A stretch of 64,000 nt of DNA from Leucoraja erinacea (Eukaryota), in assembly GCF_028641065.1 (NCBI RefSeq), contig NC_073387.1, positions 21,638,001 through 21,702,000 on the forward strand, given 5' to 3'. The notes beneath the pieces were generated by a model. The model worked only from the letters and a program-made list of their open reading frames with translations. It was not told the DNA's origin and ran no database searches. A program made the translations under genes and the position numbers. Positions 49,978-62,549 of this stretch are shown here, piece by piece. Within the stretch, counting starts at the first letter, position 1, and every line of letters starts with the position of its first letter.

Positions 49978-50925
49978 AAGGTACACAAAAATGCTGGAGA
50001 AACTCAGCGGGTGCAGCAGCATCTATGAAGCGAAGGAAATGGGCGACGTTTCGGGCCGAACCCCTTCTTCATTCTGATATTCAGGCGACGAAGGGTTTCG
50101 GGCCCGAAAACCCTTCTTCAGACTGAAGATTTTTGTGTACCTTCGGGGTTCGCATCTGCCCGAAATACTGATTATTACAGACTTCTTTTGATTTACGAAT
50201 CACAATCAATTCACACAAACAATTTAGACGAGCGCTTGAATCGCGTAAAAGCACTTAAATGGAAATGGGATTTATCAACACGCTCCTCCGAAAGAATTGT
50301 ATAGAAAGGAAATGCAGACGACTTGTTTAAACTTCCGAAGAAATACAAACAAAAATGCTTGGAGTCAAACTCAGCGGGACAGGTAGCATCGCTGGAGAGA
50401 AGGAATGGGTCGAGACCCTTCTTCAGACTGACTTGTCACCCAATCCTTCGCTCCAGAGATGCTGCCTGTCCCGCTGAGTTACTCCAGCATGTTGTGTCAC
50501 TCCTAAGAATTAATTACAACCCCTTTCAAGGTAGCTTTGCCAACTTACTTATTTATCTTATCACTTTAAGTTCCTGATGACTTTCAAAATTATCAGTTGC
50601 GATGCACTGCCGGAAATTACTTCCGGGATGTTTAAATTTACCTCAAGTGAACATGGAATATTTAGCAGAGCAAATCACAGTAATAGCCCTCTCAAGATTC
50701 TGCAAAATTCTATAAATTCAATACTATCAGCTTTGGCCAATGTATAATATAATAAGCTAATTGATAACATTTGTATGTTTTGGCCTCCACGGAACGCGTC
50801 CAATATGTATCTGACATGAGAGGCTGTCTGAAAATGTGTCTCGACCCGAAACGTCACACATTCCTTCTCTCCAGAGATGCTGCCTGGCCCACTGAGTTAC
50901 CCCATCATTTTGTGTTTATCTTCGG
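49978..50925. mobile_element. Three further Penelope-derived repeats (about 49978-50145, 50350-50500, 50826-50925)
   Basis: AATGCTGGAGAAACTCAGCGGG, CGTTTCGGGCCGAA, CCCTTCTTCAGAC, TCTCGACCCGAAACGTCAC and CCAGAGATGCTGCCTG motifs. Confidence 0.6.
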
Positions 50926-51477
50926 GTTTTCCATTAGATAGGGCACACTGATTCTTCTCTACCCCATTGCGGATATTGGACTTTTCCTCTGGACTTGATA
51001 CTCTACAATGCTGAGAACTATATTCCACACTCTTTATCATTCTCTTCGCGCTACCTATTGTATTTGGATTTGTCTTGGATATATTTATGTATATATTATC
51101 TCCTTTGATTGGATAAAATGCAAATCCTCGCTTTTCACCTCGGTACTCGTTGTACAAATAAACCTTAATCTACACAATCGAAATAATGCCGAATGCATGA
51201 GAATGGTGGAAACAGGTTCAACGTTCAGCCGTTCACTTAGTTTTCATCATCCAGTTAATTAAAGAGCAACAAATTAGACAACAACGCAATGAGTAAACAC
51301 GCAAATCAGCGACTCTGACCACAGATTCGCTAAAGAAATATGGTGGTACAAAGAGAAGGGTAAAATGCAGGAAATGGGCATCATTGCAATAGAAGGTCGG
51401 CATTTGAAATCTAAACCTGTCTTATTCTGAGATGTAGATGTAAAATCTGCGCGTTACATTTTCGTCACATGACTCAC

Positions 51478-53928
51478 CTCATTTGACCAGGTCTTCTGCG
51501 GCTTTGCATACTGCAACGTATATCGGCCGTCCATTCCGGTAATTCCTGATATGTGCGGACTGAATGGTGTGAAAAACATTTCCTCTGGCTCCGGTGCTGA
51601 CCGAATTTTGTAACGGTAGGATTCTGAAAGAGACCCATTGCCGCGCACCTCAAGTATACCGGGAAGGAGGTGGGAATCCCTAGTAAGTTGAAGGTTGACA
51701 TTTGCATTCTGATATTCCAATTTTCTGGTGCAGCAACAGTTATCGAAGAGGCAAACGCTGCAGGAAGCGGCACTGTGGCCTCGTGGGCAAGTTACGACTA
51801 CAAGTGCAATGATAACCACCAGCAGAATTAAAGACGTCGCTCCCAAAGTTATTATTATGTAAAGACTTAACTGTTGCGTGCCTTTGAAATCCGGACGCGA
51901 TTCAATAAATTCCGGCTGATAGGTTATAGGTCCCTCAATTACCGTCAGGCTTAAAGTGGTCGTAGCTGAAAGAGCCGGGTAACCGTTGTCTTTCACTTGG
52001 ATAATTAGTTTTTGTGTGGTGACGTCGCTATCTTTGAGCTGCCGAACACTCCTTACTTCTCCGGAACTATGTAAAACCGTGAAAAGACCCGGGACACTGG
52101 CCTGTTTCAGATGATAGGACAGCTGGGCATTTTTACCCGAATCTGCGTCGGAAGCAATAATTTGTGTCACCAAATATCCTGGATCTGCAGAGCGGCTCAC
52201 ATGAAAATTGGTATTGCGTTTTGTTCCAGGTGTTAGTATGATAGGTGGATTGTCGTTTTGATCCAGAACAACCACCTGCACAGCCACCTCGCTGAAAAGT
52301 GATGGTAATCCGGCATCCTCAGCTCGAACCTGAAACTGAAACGTCTTAAATTGCTCGTAATCAAATGATCTTTTAGAGTAAATGCTGCCATTATTGGGGT
52401 TGATATAGACATAGGATGACACTGGCACTGACTGAACCTGGTAGTCCAAAATAGTGTAAGACAGCCGTGAATTTCGGTCAGTATCAGGATCTAAAGCAGT
52501 CACTGATCTGATGTAACTCTCCGGTGCATTGTTTTCGGTCACGTACACCGTGTAGGAACGTTGCGTAAATTGCGGCGCATTGTCATTCACGTCGGAAACG
52601 TCGACAATAATCGTGGTATTGGTAAATAGTGGAGGGGACCCACGGTCTTTACACGTCACAGTAATTATATATTGAAAAGCGCTTTCTCGGTCCAGTAATG
52701 CACTTGTGACAAGTCTGTAAGAATTGACAAAGGAAGATTTCAGATCAAACGGGAGGTTTGGAGAAACACGGCAATCAATGTTTCCATTTTGATTGGAATC
52801 CCGATCTGTTACACTGACAAACGCAATCAAAGTTCCAGTCGGAGCATCTTCTCTGATGCTATCGGAAATGGAATTTAGTGTCATCTCTGGAGCATTGTCA
52901 TTGACATCTGTAATCTCCACCCGTACATTACAGTGCTCCGAAAGCGGTTGTGTGCCTCTGTCGTTAGCCTCCACGTGAATGAGAAAAACATTCGATTTTT
53001 CAAAATCCAAAATTCCTTTTGTATGAATTTCCCCTGAGAACGGATTAATGGTAAATACTTCAGTTATTTTGGGCTCATTGTTGCTGCTAAATGAATAAAC
53101 GATCTCACCATTGGTACCCTGGTCTAAATCAGTCGCGTTAAGCCTGATCACTAAAGAATTAGGAGGCACATTCTCCCTCAGACTAACACTATAAAACGAT
53201 TTCTGGAAAACAGGAGGATTATCATTTACATCTAGGATATTGATAGTTATGTGAGCGGTACCTGACCTTTCTGGAGTGCCGCCGTCAATAGCCGTCAGTA
53301 ATAAAGTATACACTGATTGTTTTTCTCGGTCGAGAATGTTCTCCAGTACTAACGCAGGCAATTTCCACTTTCCTGTGTTCTGTACATCTAACGTAAAATA
53401 TTTGTTCGCATTGAGCTGATATGTGCGAACCGAATTATTTTTCCCGTCCAGATCATGTGCGCGCTCTAATGGAAAGCGGGTCCCGGGCATTACTGACTCT
53501 GGAATCTTCAAATCAATTGCCCTGTTCGGAAAAGTCGGAGAGTTATCATTTAAATCCAGAACCTTAACTTCCACACGGTACTGCTCCACTGGATTTTCCA
53601 CCACCGCTTCCATGAGTAGTACGCAGTTATCACTCTGACCACATAGTTGTTCCCTGTCAATTCTTGCATTCACAAATAACATTCCATTCACGCGGTTCAC
53701 ATCCAAATATTGTATTGACGCGACAGATATTATTCTGAATTTACGACTTGATAGCTCTTCCGTGCTCAAACCCAAATCCTTTCCGATATTCCCGACGAAT
53801 GCTCCGTGTTCCAGTTCTTCGGGAATGGAGTAACGAATCTGCCCGGAAATTAGATTCCACAGACAAAGCAGAAAGATGGATGATATCCCCGACTTTATAC
53901 GCACACGCAGAACGCCCATTTGTGTCAT
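51478..53928 (-). CDS. Pcdh: Clustered protocadherin variable exon 6
   Basis: ORF 51454..53964 (track start is TTG); first ATG 53928 (MTQMGVLR...ISG|QIRYS). LEVRGNGSLSESYRYKIR motif; donor GAG|GTGAGT at 51478/51477. Confidence 0.94.
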
Positions 53929-54149
53929 TTCTTCAGCAGGGTAATTTGGCCAAACCTTAAACAAATGTTTTTGCGGTTGATCGTATTCTGTTCAATAACC
54001 GGCGCAATCCATTCAATGTGGAAAATAACTATATAAGCGTGGTCGGCTGCAGAGAAGGTTCGCTTTGTTCCAGGCCGCCATTTTTCTGCTTCCTTTCTCA
54101 AGGATTGGGGGATGGGTGGTGGATCACAAGCTGCATTTCACCACCTTAT

Positions 54150-54189
54150 TGGTAGACAGCGACACAAAGAGTCTCAGCCTATAACTGCA
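54150..54189 (-). promoter_or_regulatory. CSE of exon 6 promoter
   Basis: Sense TGCAGTT-N9-GACTCTTTGTGTCGCTGTCTACCA(AT), 222 bp upstream of ATG 53928. Confidence 0.9.
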
Positions 54190-54478
54190 CTGAGAATATT
54201 AATAACGTTGAACTCTGGTGAAAAGTAAACGTTTAACTATTTTAAGATAAAGCATTGTAAGATTTTGAAATGAATTTGCTATAACGTACAATCAAATTGG
54301 TATTCCAACTATTATCTGAACATAAGACAGGAACATCAAAAGCTACGTTGCAACGAAACGCAGGCAAGGTTTGGAAATATTTTTGCCGATTTGATGAAAT
54401 AACAAATTCAATACGCGTTTTTCCCCCATATTTCAATGCAATGCAAGAATGTGTTGCATTGTAAATTCCGGACTGAAA

Positions 54479-56735
54479 TATAACAATTACAGCACGGAAA
54501 CAGGCCATCTCGGCCGTTCCATTCCGTGCCGGACACTTACTCTCACGTCCCATCTACCTGCACTCAGACCATAACCCTCCATTCCTTTCCCGTCCATACA
54601 CCTATCCAATTTATTTTTAAATGATAAAAACGAACCTGCCTTCAACACTTCCTCTGGAAGCTCATTTCACACAGCAACCACTCTCTGAGTAAAGAAGTTC
54701 CCCCTCATGATGCCCCTAAACCTTTGTCCCGTAATTCGCAAACCATGGCCTCTTGTTTGAATCTCCCCTACTCTTAATGGAAACGATTATCCACGTCAAC
54801 TATCCCTCTCATAATTTTAAAGACCTCTATCAAGTCCCCCCTTAAATTTCTGCGCTCCAAAGAATAAAGACCTATTTTGTTAAATCTTTCTCTGTAACTT
54901 AGGTGCAGAAACGTAGGCAGCATTCCAATAAATCTCACCTGTACTCTCTCTATATTGTTGACATATTTCATATAATTTGGCGACCAGAATTGTATACCAT
55001 ATACCAGAATTGGCCTCACCAATGCCTTGTACAATTTTAACATTACATCCCAACTTCTATACTCAATGCTCGGTCGTGTACGTCATATTTGGATTTGTCC
55101 TGCCAAGATGTAGCGCCTCACACTTATCAGCATTAATCTCCATCTGCCATCTTTCAGCCCACTCTTCCAAATGGCCAAAATCTCTCTGTAGATTTTGAAA
55201 ATCTACTTTATTATCCAGAACACCACCTATCCTAGTATCATCTGCATACTTACTAATCCAATTTACCACACCATCATCCAGATCATTGATGTATATGACA
55301 AACAACAGTGGACCCAACACAGACCCCTGATGCACCCCACTAGACCACGGCTTCCAACCTGACAAACAGTTGTCCACCATTGCTCTCTGGTATCTCCCAT
55401 TCAGCCACTATTGAATCCATCTTGCTACTCCACTATTAATACCCAATAACTGAACCTTCTTAACCAACCTTCCACGCGGAACCTTGTCAAAGGCCTTATT
55501 GAAGTCCATATAGACAACATCCACCGCTTTACCCTCATCAATTTACCTAGTAACCTCTTCAAAAAATTCAAGAAGATTAGTCAAACATGACCTTCCAGGC
55601 ACAAATCCATGTTGACTGTTCCTAATCAGACCCTGTTTATCCAGATGCTTATATATACTATCTCTAAGTATCCTTTCCATTAATTTGCCCACCACTGACG
55701 TCAAACTAACAGGTCTATAATTGCTAGGTTTACTCTTAGAACCCTTTTAAAACAATGGAACAACATGCGCAGTATGCCAATCCTCTGGCACTATTCCCGT
55801 TTCTAATGACATTTGAAATATTTTTCATGTCATAGCCCCTGATATTTCTACACTAACTTCCCTCACTGTCCTAGGGTATATCCTGTCAGGACCTGGAGAC
55901 TTATCCACTTTTATATTTTTCAAAAGCGTCAGTACTTCCTCTTCTTTGATCCCCTGTTTCCATAGCTATTTTACTTCTTTCCGTTACCTCACATAATTCA
56001 ATATCCTTCTCCTTGGTGAATGCCGAAGAAAAGACATTGTTCAATATCTCCCCAATCTCTTTTGGCTCTGTAGATAGCTGTCCACTCTGACTCTCTGATG
56101 GACCAATTTTATCCCTCGTTATCCTTTTGCTATTAATATAGCTGTAGAAACCCTTTGGATTTACTTTCACCTTACTTGCCAAAGCAACCTCATATCTTCT
56201 TTTAGCTTTTGTAATATATTTCTTAAGATTCCTTTTATATTCTTTATACTCCTCAAGCACCTCAGTTACTCCATACCGTCTATAATTATTGATGATCTCT
56301 CTCTTTTTCTGAACAGTGTCCACTTTTCCTTGAAAACCATAGCTCTTTCAATTATTACTCTTTCCTTTCAACCGAACAGAGACATAAAGATTACGTACTC
56401 TTAAAATGTCACCTTTAAATGTCCTCCATTTCTCTACTACATTCTTCCCATAAAACAAAATGTCCCAATTCACTCCTTTTAAATCATTTCGCATCTCCTC
56501 AAAGTTAGCCTTTCTCCAATCAAAAATCTCAACTGTTGGTCCAGTTCTGACCTTCTCCATAATTATATTGAAACTACTGGTCTTGTGATCACTGGACCTG
56601 AAGTGTTCCCTAACACATACTGACCTGTCTCATTTCCTAACAGGAGGTCCAGCACTGCCCGTTCTCTAGTAGGTATCTCTATGTATTGCTGCAAAAAACT
56701 ATTCTGCACACATTTTACAAACTCCAAACCATCGA
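54479..56735 (-). mobile_element. 5'-truncated CR1-type LINE (ORF2 RT, frameshifted)
   Basis: ORFs with GVHQGSVLGPLLFVIYINDLD...KYADDT and DWRKANFEEMR; 3' end matches the reverse complement of 59995-60032. Confidence 0.92.
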
Positions 56736-58139
56736 AACGTTTAAAAATATTCTTAAAAAGTATATTCTGATTTTGCTGAAAATACCATTATAAAATTAGT
56801 TGTATTATCAATGTCATTAAAGCACCTCGAGCGATATAGCCATTCTATATTCTATTCAGGATGGATGTGGAGTGGAGAATTACAGGGCTAATTTTATAGG
56901 TAGACAATCAATAAACCTGAAATCAGAGCAAAGTTGTTAAATATCTAGACCAGAAGTTGCAGTCATTTTTAATGACGTCCGTTGAAATCGCAACTTTATG
57001 GTTGATGTTAGATTGAAGCTATCCTGAACTGTTCTTTGTGTTTTATTATATTGCCGAAATATAGACGGGTTGCCTCCATGGGTGTATGCAACTGCTATAT
57101 TCGCCCTTCAACTGCGGTGCACACCAATGTTTCTGTTACATGGCATTCCTGAGAAAAGTAACGATCCACAATGAATCCCTCAGTTTCTAGAAAAATTGTC
57201 CGAAACAAAATCAGGTTTTGCATTCGGAGTTAATTTTGTTAATTCAAAACTGTTGTCATACATTACTATCTGCCACCATTGGTAACGAAGCAGTGATTCA
57301 GCTGAACCAGTTAATCATTATCTTCCGATCCTACAATTGCAATTTAATTGAATATGGTAAAAACAATCATTTTATTTTCTAACATATGGACAGGTTATAT
57401 TACATTAAAAAAATAGTTGCACAACTGTACTTTCAATTATATTTATATAGACAACAATAGAACAACATCCCGTTCGAGGGATGCATAATTATTGAGCCTA
57501 AACGATGAAGAAGCGTCCAGTGGCTGAAATAAAATTCCGAGTATGGTGCTAAGGATTTCCATTCCAGAGATAGTCATGGTCTATTCAAGTTCCTCCACTG
57601 TGACAATAAAGATATTCACTTGACAATGTGGAATCTGAGCATGTATGTCAGTTTCAATCGTCAGGCTTGGCCATCTTCCGTCACTTTCTGTTCCGAGTGC
57701 CTATTCTCCATCTTCAAAAATGTTGTCAGAAGCTGGTATTGGAGCACAAAGAACTCACATGTCAAGGTTTTTAGACTATGACAGCATCAGTCCGTTTCAG
57801 AGTGCGTTACATTCTTAGTCCAAACGATAAAGATGATGTTCGGAACATAGATGCACGTGACCGGCCTTGACATCCATGCTGCATTTAACCCTCGATTGTA
57901 TAAAGGAAATTAATCCAAATGTTAATATTAGAAGTGTTCACTGACATGTAAGGCCAGCATCGCTGATAATGTTTGATGTTTGATGCTTGGGAATCATCGT
58001 ATCCCGGGACATTATTTCCTCCGTTTCACAGTCAAGTTAAATTCCTGTCTCATTGACAGCACTACCATTAGGGTCATGTTTTCTATTGCCTACACTTCAC
58101 AATCCGACTCCACGAGGTAACCAACGATAAGGCGAGATG

Positions 58140-60960
58140 TTGAAGCATAAAGGCAAGCAGGCAAATGTAAGGAAGCTTGGCTGACGAGGGATATAGAGGC
58201 ATTGGTTAAGAATAAAAAGGACGCATGGGACAGATATAGACATCTGAGATCAAATGCATCCCTGGAGGAGTTTCGGGAACTAAGGAGCAAACTAAGAAAG
58301 GAGATCAGAAGGGCAAAGAGGGGCCAAGAGATAGCTCTGGCGGGTAGCATAAAAGACAATATTAAAATATTTTACAAATACATTAGGGTGGAAAGGATAA
58401 CTAGAGAGAGAGTGGGACCTCGCAGGAATAAAAGCGGTCACATTTGTGTTGAGCCACAGGAGATGGGCAAAGTCCTCAAATAGTATTTTTCATCTGTATT
58501 TACAGAGGAGAAAAAGAATTGGGGGGAGGAAATTGGAGCAGTCACTGGAAGTGTCTTGAGAGCAGTCAGGGTTACCGTCGAGGAAGTACTGAGGTACTGT
58601 CGTGTTTGAAGGTAGACAAATCTCCGGGGCCAGATGTATCCGAGGACATTGCGGGAAACTAGAGAGGAAATTGCTGGAGACCTGGTTGAAATTTATGAGT
58701 CGTCTTTAAATACAGGAGAGGTGCCAGAGGATTGGAGGGTGGCAAATGGAGTGCTTCTTTTCAAGAAGGGCTGCAGGGAAAATGCTTGGAACTATAGGGC
58801 GGGGAGATTAACATCTGTAGTTTGGTAAGTTACTGGAGAGTATTCTGAGGGATAAGATATATAGGCATTTGGATGGACAATGGCTAATTATGGAGAGAGA
58901 ACATGGTTTTGTACATGAGAGGTCGTGCCTCACTAATCTGATTGTTTTTTTGTGAAGAGGTGAGCAAAAAGCTTGATGAAGGCCGAGATGTAGATGTTGT
59001 GTACATGGACGTTAGTAAGGCGTTCGACAAGGTGCCGCATGGTAGGCTCCTCCGGAAGGTTGGATCTCAGGGGATCCCAGGAGAGATAGCTGAATGGATA
59101 GCAAATTGGCTCCATGGAAGGAAGCAGAGGGAGATGGTGGAAGGTTGCTTCTTAGAATGGAAGCCTGTGGCTAGTGGTGTGCCACAGGGTTCGGTGCTGG
59201 GTCCGTTACTGTTTGTCAATCTGCCAAGGTGTAGCACCTGATAAATGTGAGGTGCTACGCCTTGGCAGGACAAATCAAAATAGGACGTACATGGTAAATG
59301 GTAGGGAATTGAAGAATACAGTTGAACAGAGGGATCTGGGAATAACCGTGCATAGTTCCTTGAAGGTGGAATCTCATATAGATAGGGTGGTAAAGAAAGC
59401 TTTTGGTATGCTAGCCTATATAAATCAGAGGATTGAGTATAGAAACTGGGATGTAATGTTAAAATTGTACAAGGCATTGATGAGACAAAATCTGGAGTAT
59501 GGTGTACAATTTTGGTCGCCCAATTATAGGAAGGATGTCAACAAAATAGAGAGAGTACAGAGGAGATTTACTAGAATGTTGCCTGGGTTTCAACAACTAA
59601 GTTACAGAGATAGGTTGAATAAGTTAGGTATTTATTCTCTGGAGCGCAGAAGGTTAAGGGGGGACTTGATAGAGGTCTTTAAAATGATGAGAGGGATAGA
59701 CAGAGTTGATGTGGACAAGCTTTTCCCTTTGAGAATAGGGAAGATTCAAACAAGAGGACATGACTTCAGAATTAAGGGACAGACGTTTAGGGGTAACATG
59801 AGGGGGAACTTCTTTACTCAGAGAGTGGTAGCGGTGTGGAATGAGCTTCCAGTGGAAGTGGTGGAGGCAGGTTCGTTGGTATCATTTAAAAATAAATTGG
59901 ATAGGCATATGTATGAGAAGGGAATGGAGGGTTATGGTATGAGTGCAGGCAGGTGGGACTAAGGGAAAAAAGTTGTGGCGGCACGGACTTGTAGGGCCGA
60001 GATGGCCTGTTTCCGTGCTGTAATTGTTATATGGTTATATGGTTATATGGTTAATCTACATCAATGATTTGGATGAGAACATGCAGGGCAAGATAGCAAG
60101 TTTGCTGATGATACAAAAGTCTGTGGTTTTGGTGATGTTTGTGAACGATTGTGGCAGGATCTGGAGCGATTGGACAGGTGGGCGGAGGAATGGTTGATGG
60201 AACTTAATACAGAGAGGTGTGAAGTGTTGCATTGTGGGATGTCGAACAAGGGCAGGACCTACACAATACATGGTAGGCCTCTGGGTAGTGTTGGAGAGCA
60301 GAGGGATCTAGGAGTACATGTGCATGGTACCATGAAGGTCCAGGCGTAGGTAGATAACGTGGTCAAAAAAGCTTTTGGCACTTTGGCCTTCATCAGTCAG
60401 AGTATTGAATAAAGAAGTTGGGAGGTCATGTTGGAGTTGTATAAGACGTTGGTGAGACCGCATTTACAGTATCGTGTTCAGTTCTGGGCAGCATGTTATA
60501 GGAAAGACATTGTCAAGCTTGAAATGGTTAAGAAAAGATTTACGAGGATATTGCCAGGACTAGAGTGTGTGAGCTATAGGGAGAGGTTGAGTAGGTTGGG
60601 TTTCTATTCCATGGAGTGTCAGAGAATGAGGGGAGATCTTATAGAGGTATGCAAAATCATGAGAGGAATAGATCGGGTAGATGCACAGTCTTTTACCCAG
60701 ACAAGTGAAATCGAGGACCATCGAGGAAGGTGAAGGAGAAAAGATCAAATAGGAATCTGAGGGGTAACTTTTTAACACGGGTGTACGGGACTATCCCATC
60801 GTTTAAGAAATAGTTGAACGGGTACTTGGATAGGACAGGTTTGGAGGATTATGGATCAAGCGCAGGTAAGTGGGAAAAGGGTGGTTAGGACAATGTTGGC
60901 CGGTGTGGGCGAGTTGCGCCCAAGGGCCTGTTTCTACACTGTATTAATCTATGACTCTGT
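58140..60960 (+). mobile_element. Older CR1-type LINE (58140-59222 and 60053-60960) interrupted by a younger CR1
   Basis: VPEDWRVAN, YMDVSKAFDKVPH, GVPQGSVLGPLLFV | YINDLD...FADDTK; tail CTCTATGACTCTGTGACT. Confidence 0.9.
59223..60052 (+). mobile_element. Young nested CR1-type LINE 3' fragment
   Basis: Open ORF2 C-terminus (ORF 59174..59962), (ATATGGTT)n tail, flanked by AATCT direct repeat. Confidence 0.9.
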
Positions 60961-61139
60961 GACTAAGTTGGAAGTACATTAAGCGGTGATTAAGCGGTAC
61001 ATTAAGTGGTGATTGAATGTATGCTGGTGAAGCCAAAGGGACGACACTGATCTGGTGTCAAAGGGCTGTCAAAACTTTTCGAAATCTCTGGTAATTTGTT
61101 AAAATTTATGTCATGTTTTGTTTATTTCAGGAGTATAAA

Positions 61140-61340
61140 AATAAAGTGCTGCTGTAACTCAGTGGAAGGAAGCGCACATGGAGGGTCAGGGGGGGTGACG
61201 TTTTAAGTCGCGAACCCTTCAGACCTCTGAAGAAGGGTCTGGACTTGAAACGTCCTGTATTCATTCCCGCAACAGATGCCTCCCACCTTCAGCACCTTGT
61301 TTTAATTTTGCTCAAGATTCCACCCGCTGCATTTTCTTGG
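61140..61340. mobile_element. Decayed inverted pair of Penelope-derived repeats
   Basis: GTGACGTTTT...CCCTTCAGAC-CT-CTGAAGAAGGGTCTGGACTTGAAACGTC. Confidence 0.55.
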
Positions 61341-62463
61341 TCTTACTATTTATTTCCGGATCATTGCAAAAGTAATCAACAGACGAATTGTACGTAAACT
61401 ATTACAAACTGTTTGAAGGAAAGTAACAAGGAAGATAAGGATAAAAGCACCCGCAACAATCGTTTATACAAAGGTCTGCAACACTATTCAAAAGTCCTGT
61501 GCCGAACTGAGGGGTCAGATGTGAACGACAATCGTCCCACCTTTTAGGAGCTTGTACTTCTTGAAAAAGCCAAATAAAGTACTTACTGCTTCCAATGATA
61601 GCTGAAAAATTCTAAATAGCGTGAAAAAAAAAGATTATATTAGAGATGGAAGACCTTTTATCAAAATTGCGAAACGTTAAAAAGTTAGAACAGGTTAGTA
61701 TTGCAGAAAATATGGAAGATTTGAGAGTACCGTGGGCATGTTTGCAGTAGACTGCAGAGCATGAGAGAAAGAATTATGTCAATTATAGTGGTGGTGGAGT
61801 AGGGACGCTGGTGAAATTTTACGGAAGATTATTTTGGCAAGAAAGGTGAAATTAGCCGAATAGACGGAGAGGGTAGGGGTGCGTTTATAGGAGATAAGAG
61901 ACTGGAGGGAATGAGTTAAGTGAAAATGGAAAGAGACGGAGTAAGAATGATAAACTGCCAGATGTAATACGCTGCAAGGGGTGAATTTAAAAAACAAAAC
62001 AAATTCTGGGATAGGCTGCACATCACGCATCAAAATACGAATAAAGAAAGCCCTACATTGATGTTGCAAGTTGAAGACATTTCAAACTTTGGTTATCTGA
62101 ACTTCATTTCATTAAGTGTATTTCTGGTTATCAATAGCCGGTGCAGTAGATCACATGCTTAAAGCCACGCTAAATAGATACGAGTTGGAGTGGGCTGGGA
62201 AATTAAAGGCAGGGACCATAAGATCCATTTCATAGACAGAAAGGAGAGAGACAGTAAATCAATCCCTCAGTATGAATTTGCTCCTACAGTGCAGTCATTA
62301 TACGGGAAGCAGTTAATGGAATTGAAAAAGTGAAAATAAAGTGATAATTTAACTAAATAAATATTTGAGCGCCTTGGTGCCAACGTGAAACAGTTTAAGG
62401 GAAAATGTTATATCTCTCCAGTTACATATTAAGATATTCAGGCGTGAAGGGATGGTATTTGGT

Positions 62464-62549
<86 letters not shown>
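62464..62549 (+). repeat. Poly-G homopolymer (~86 nt)
   Basis: Pure G run; similar G/C runs at 20361-20402, 19916-20036 and 7230-7250. Confidence 0.95.
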
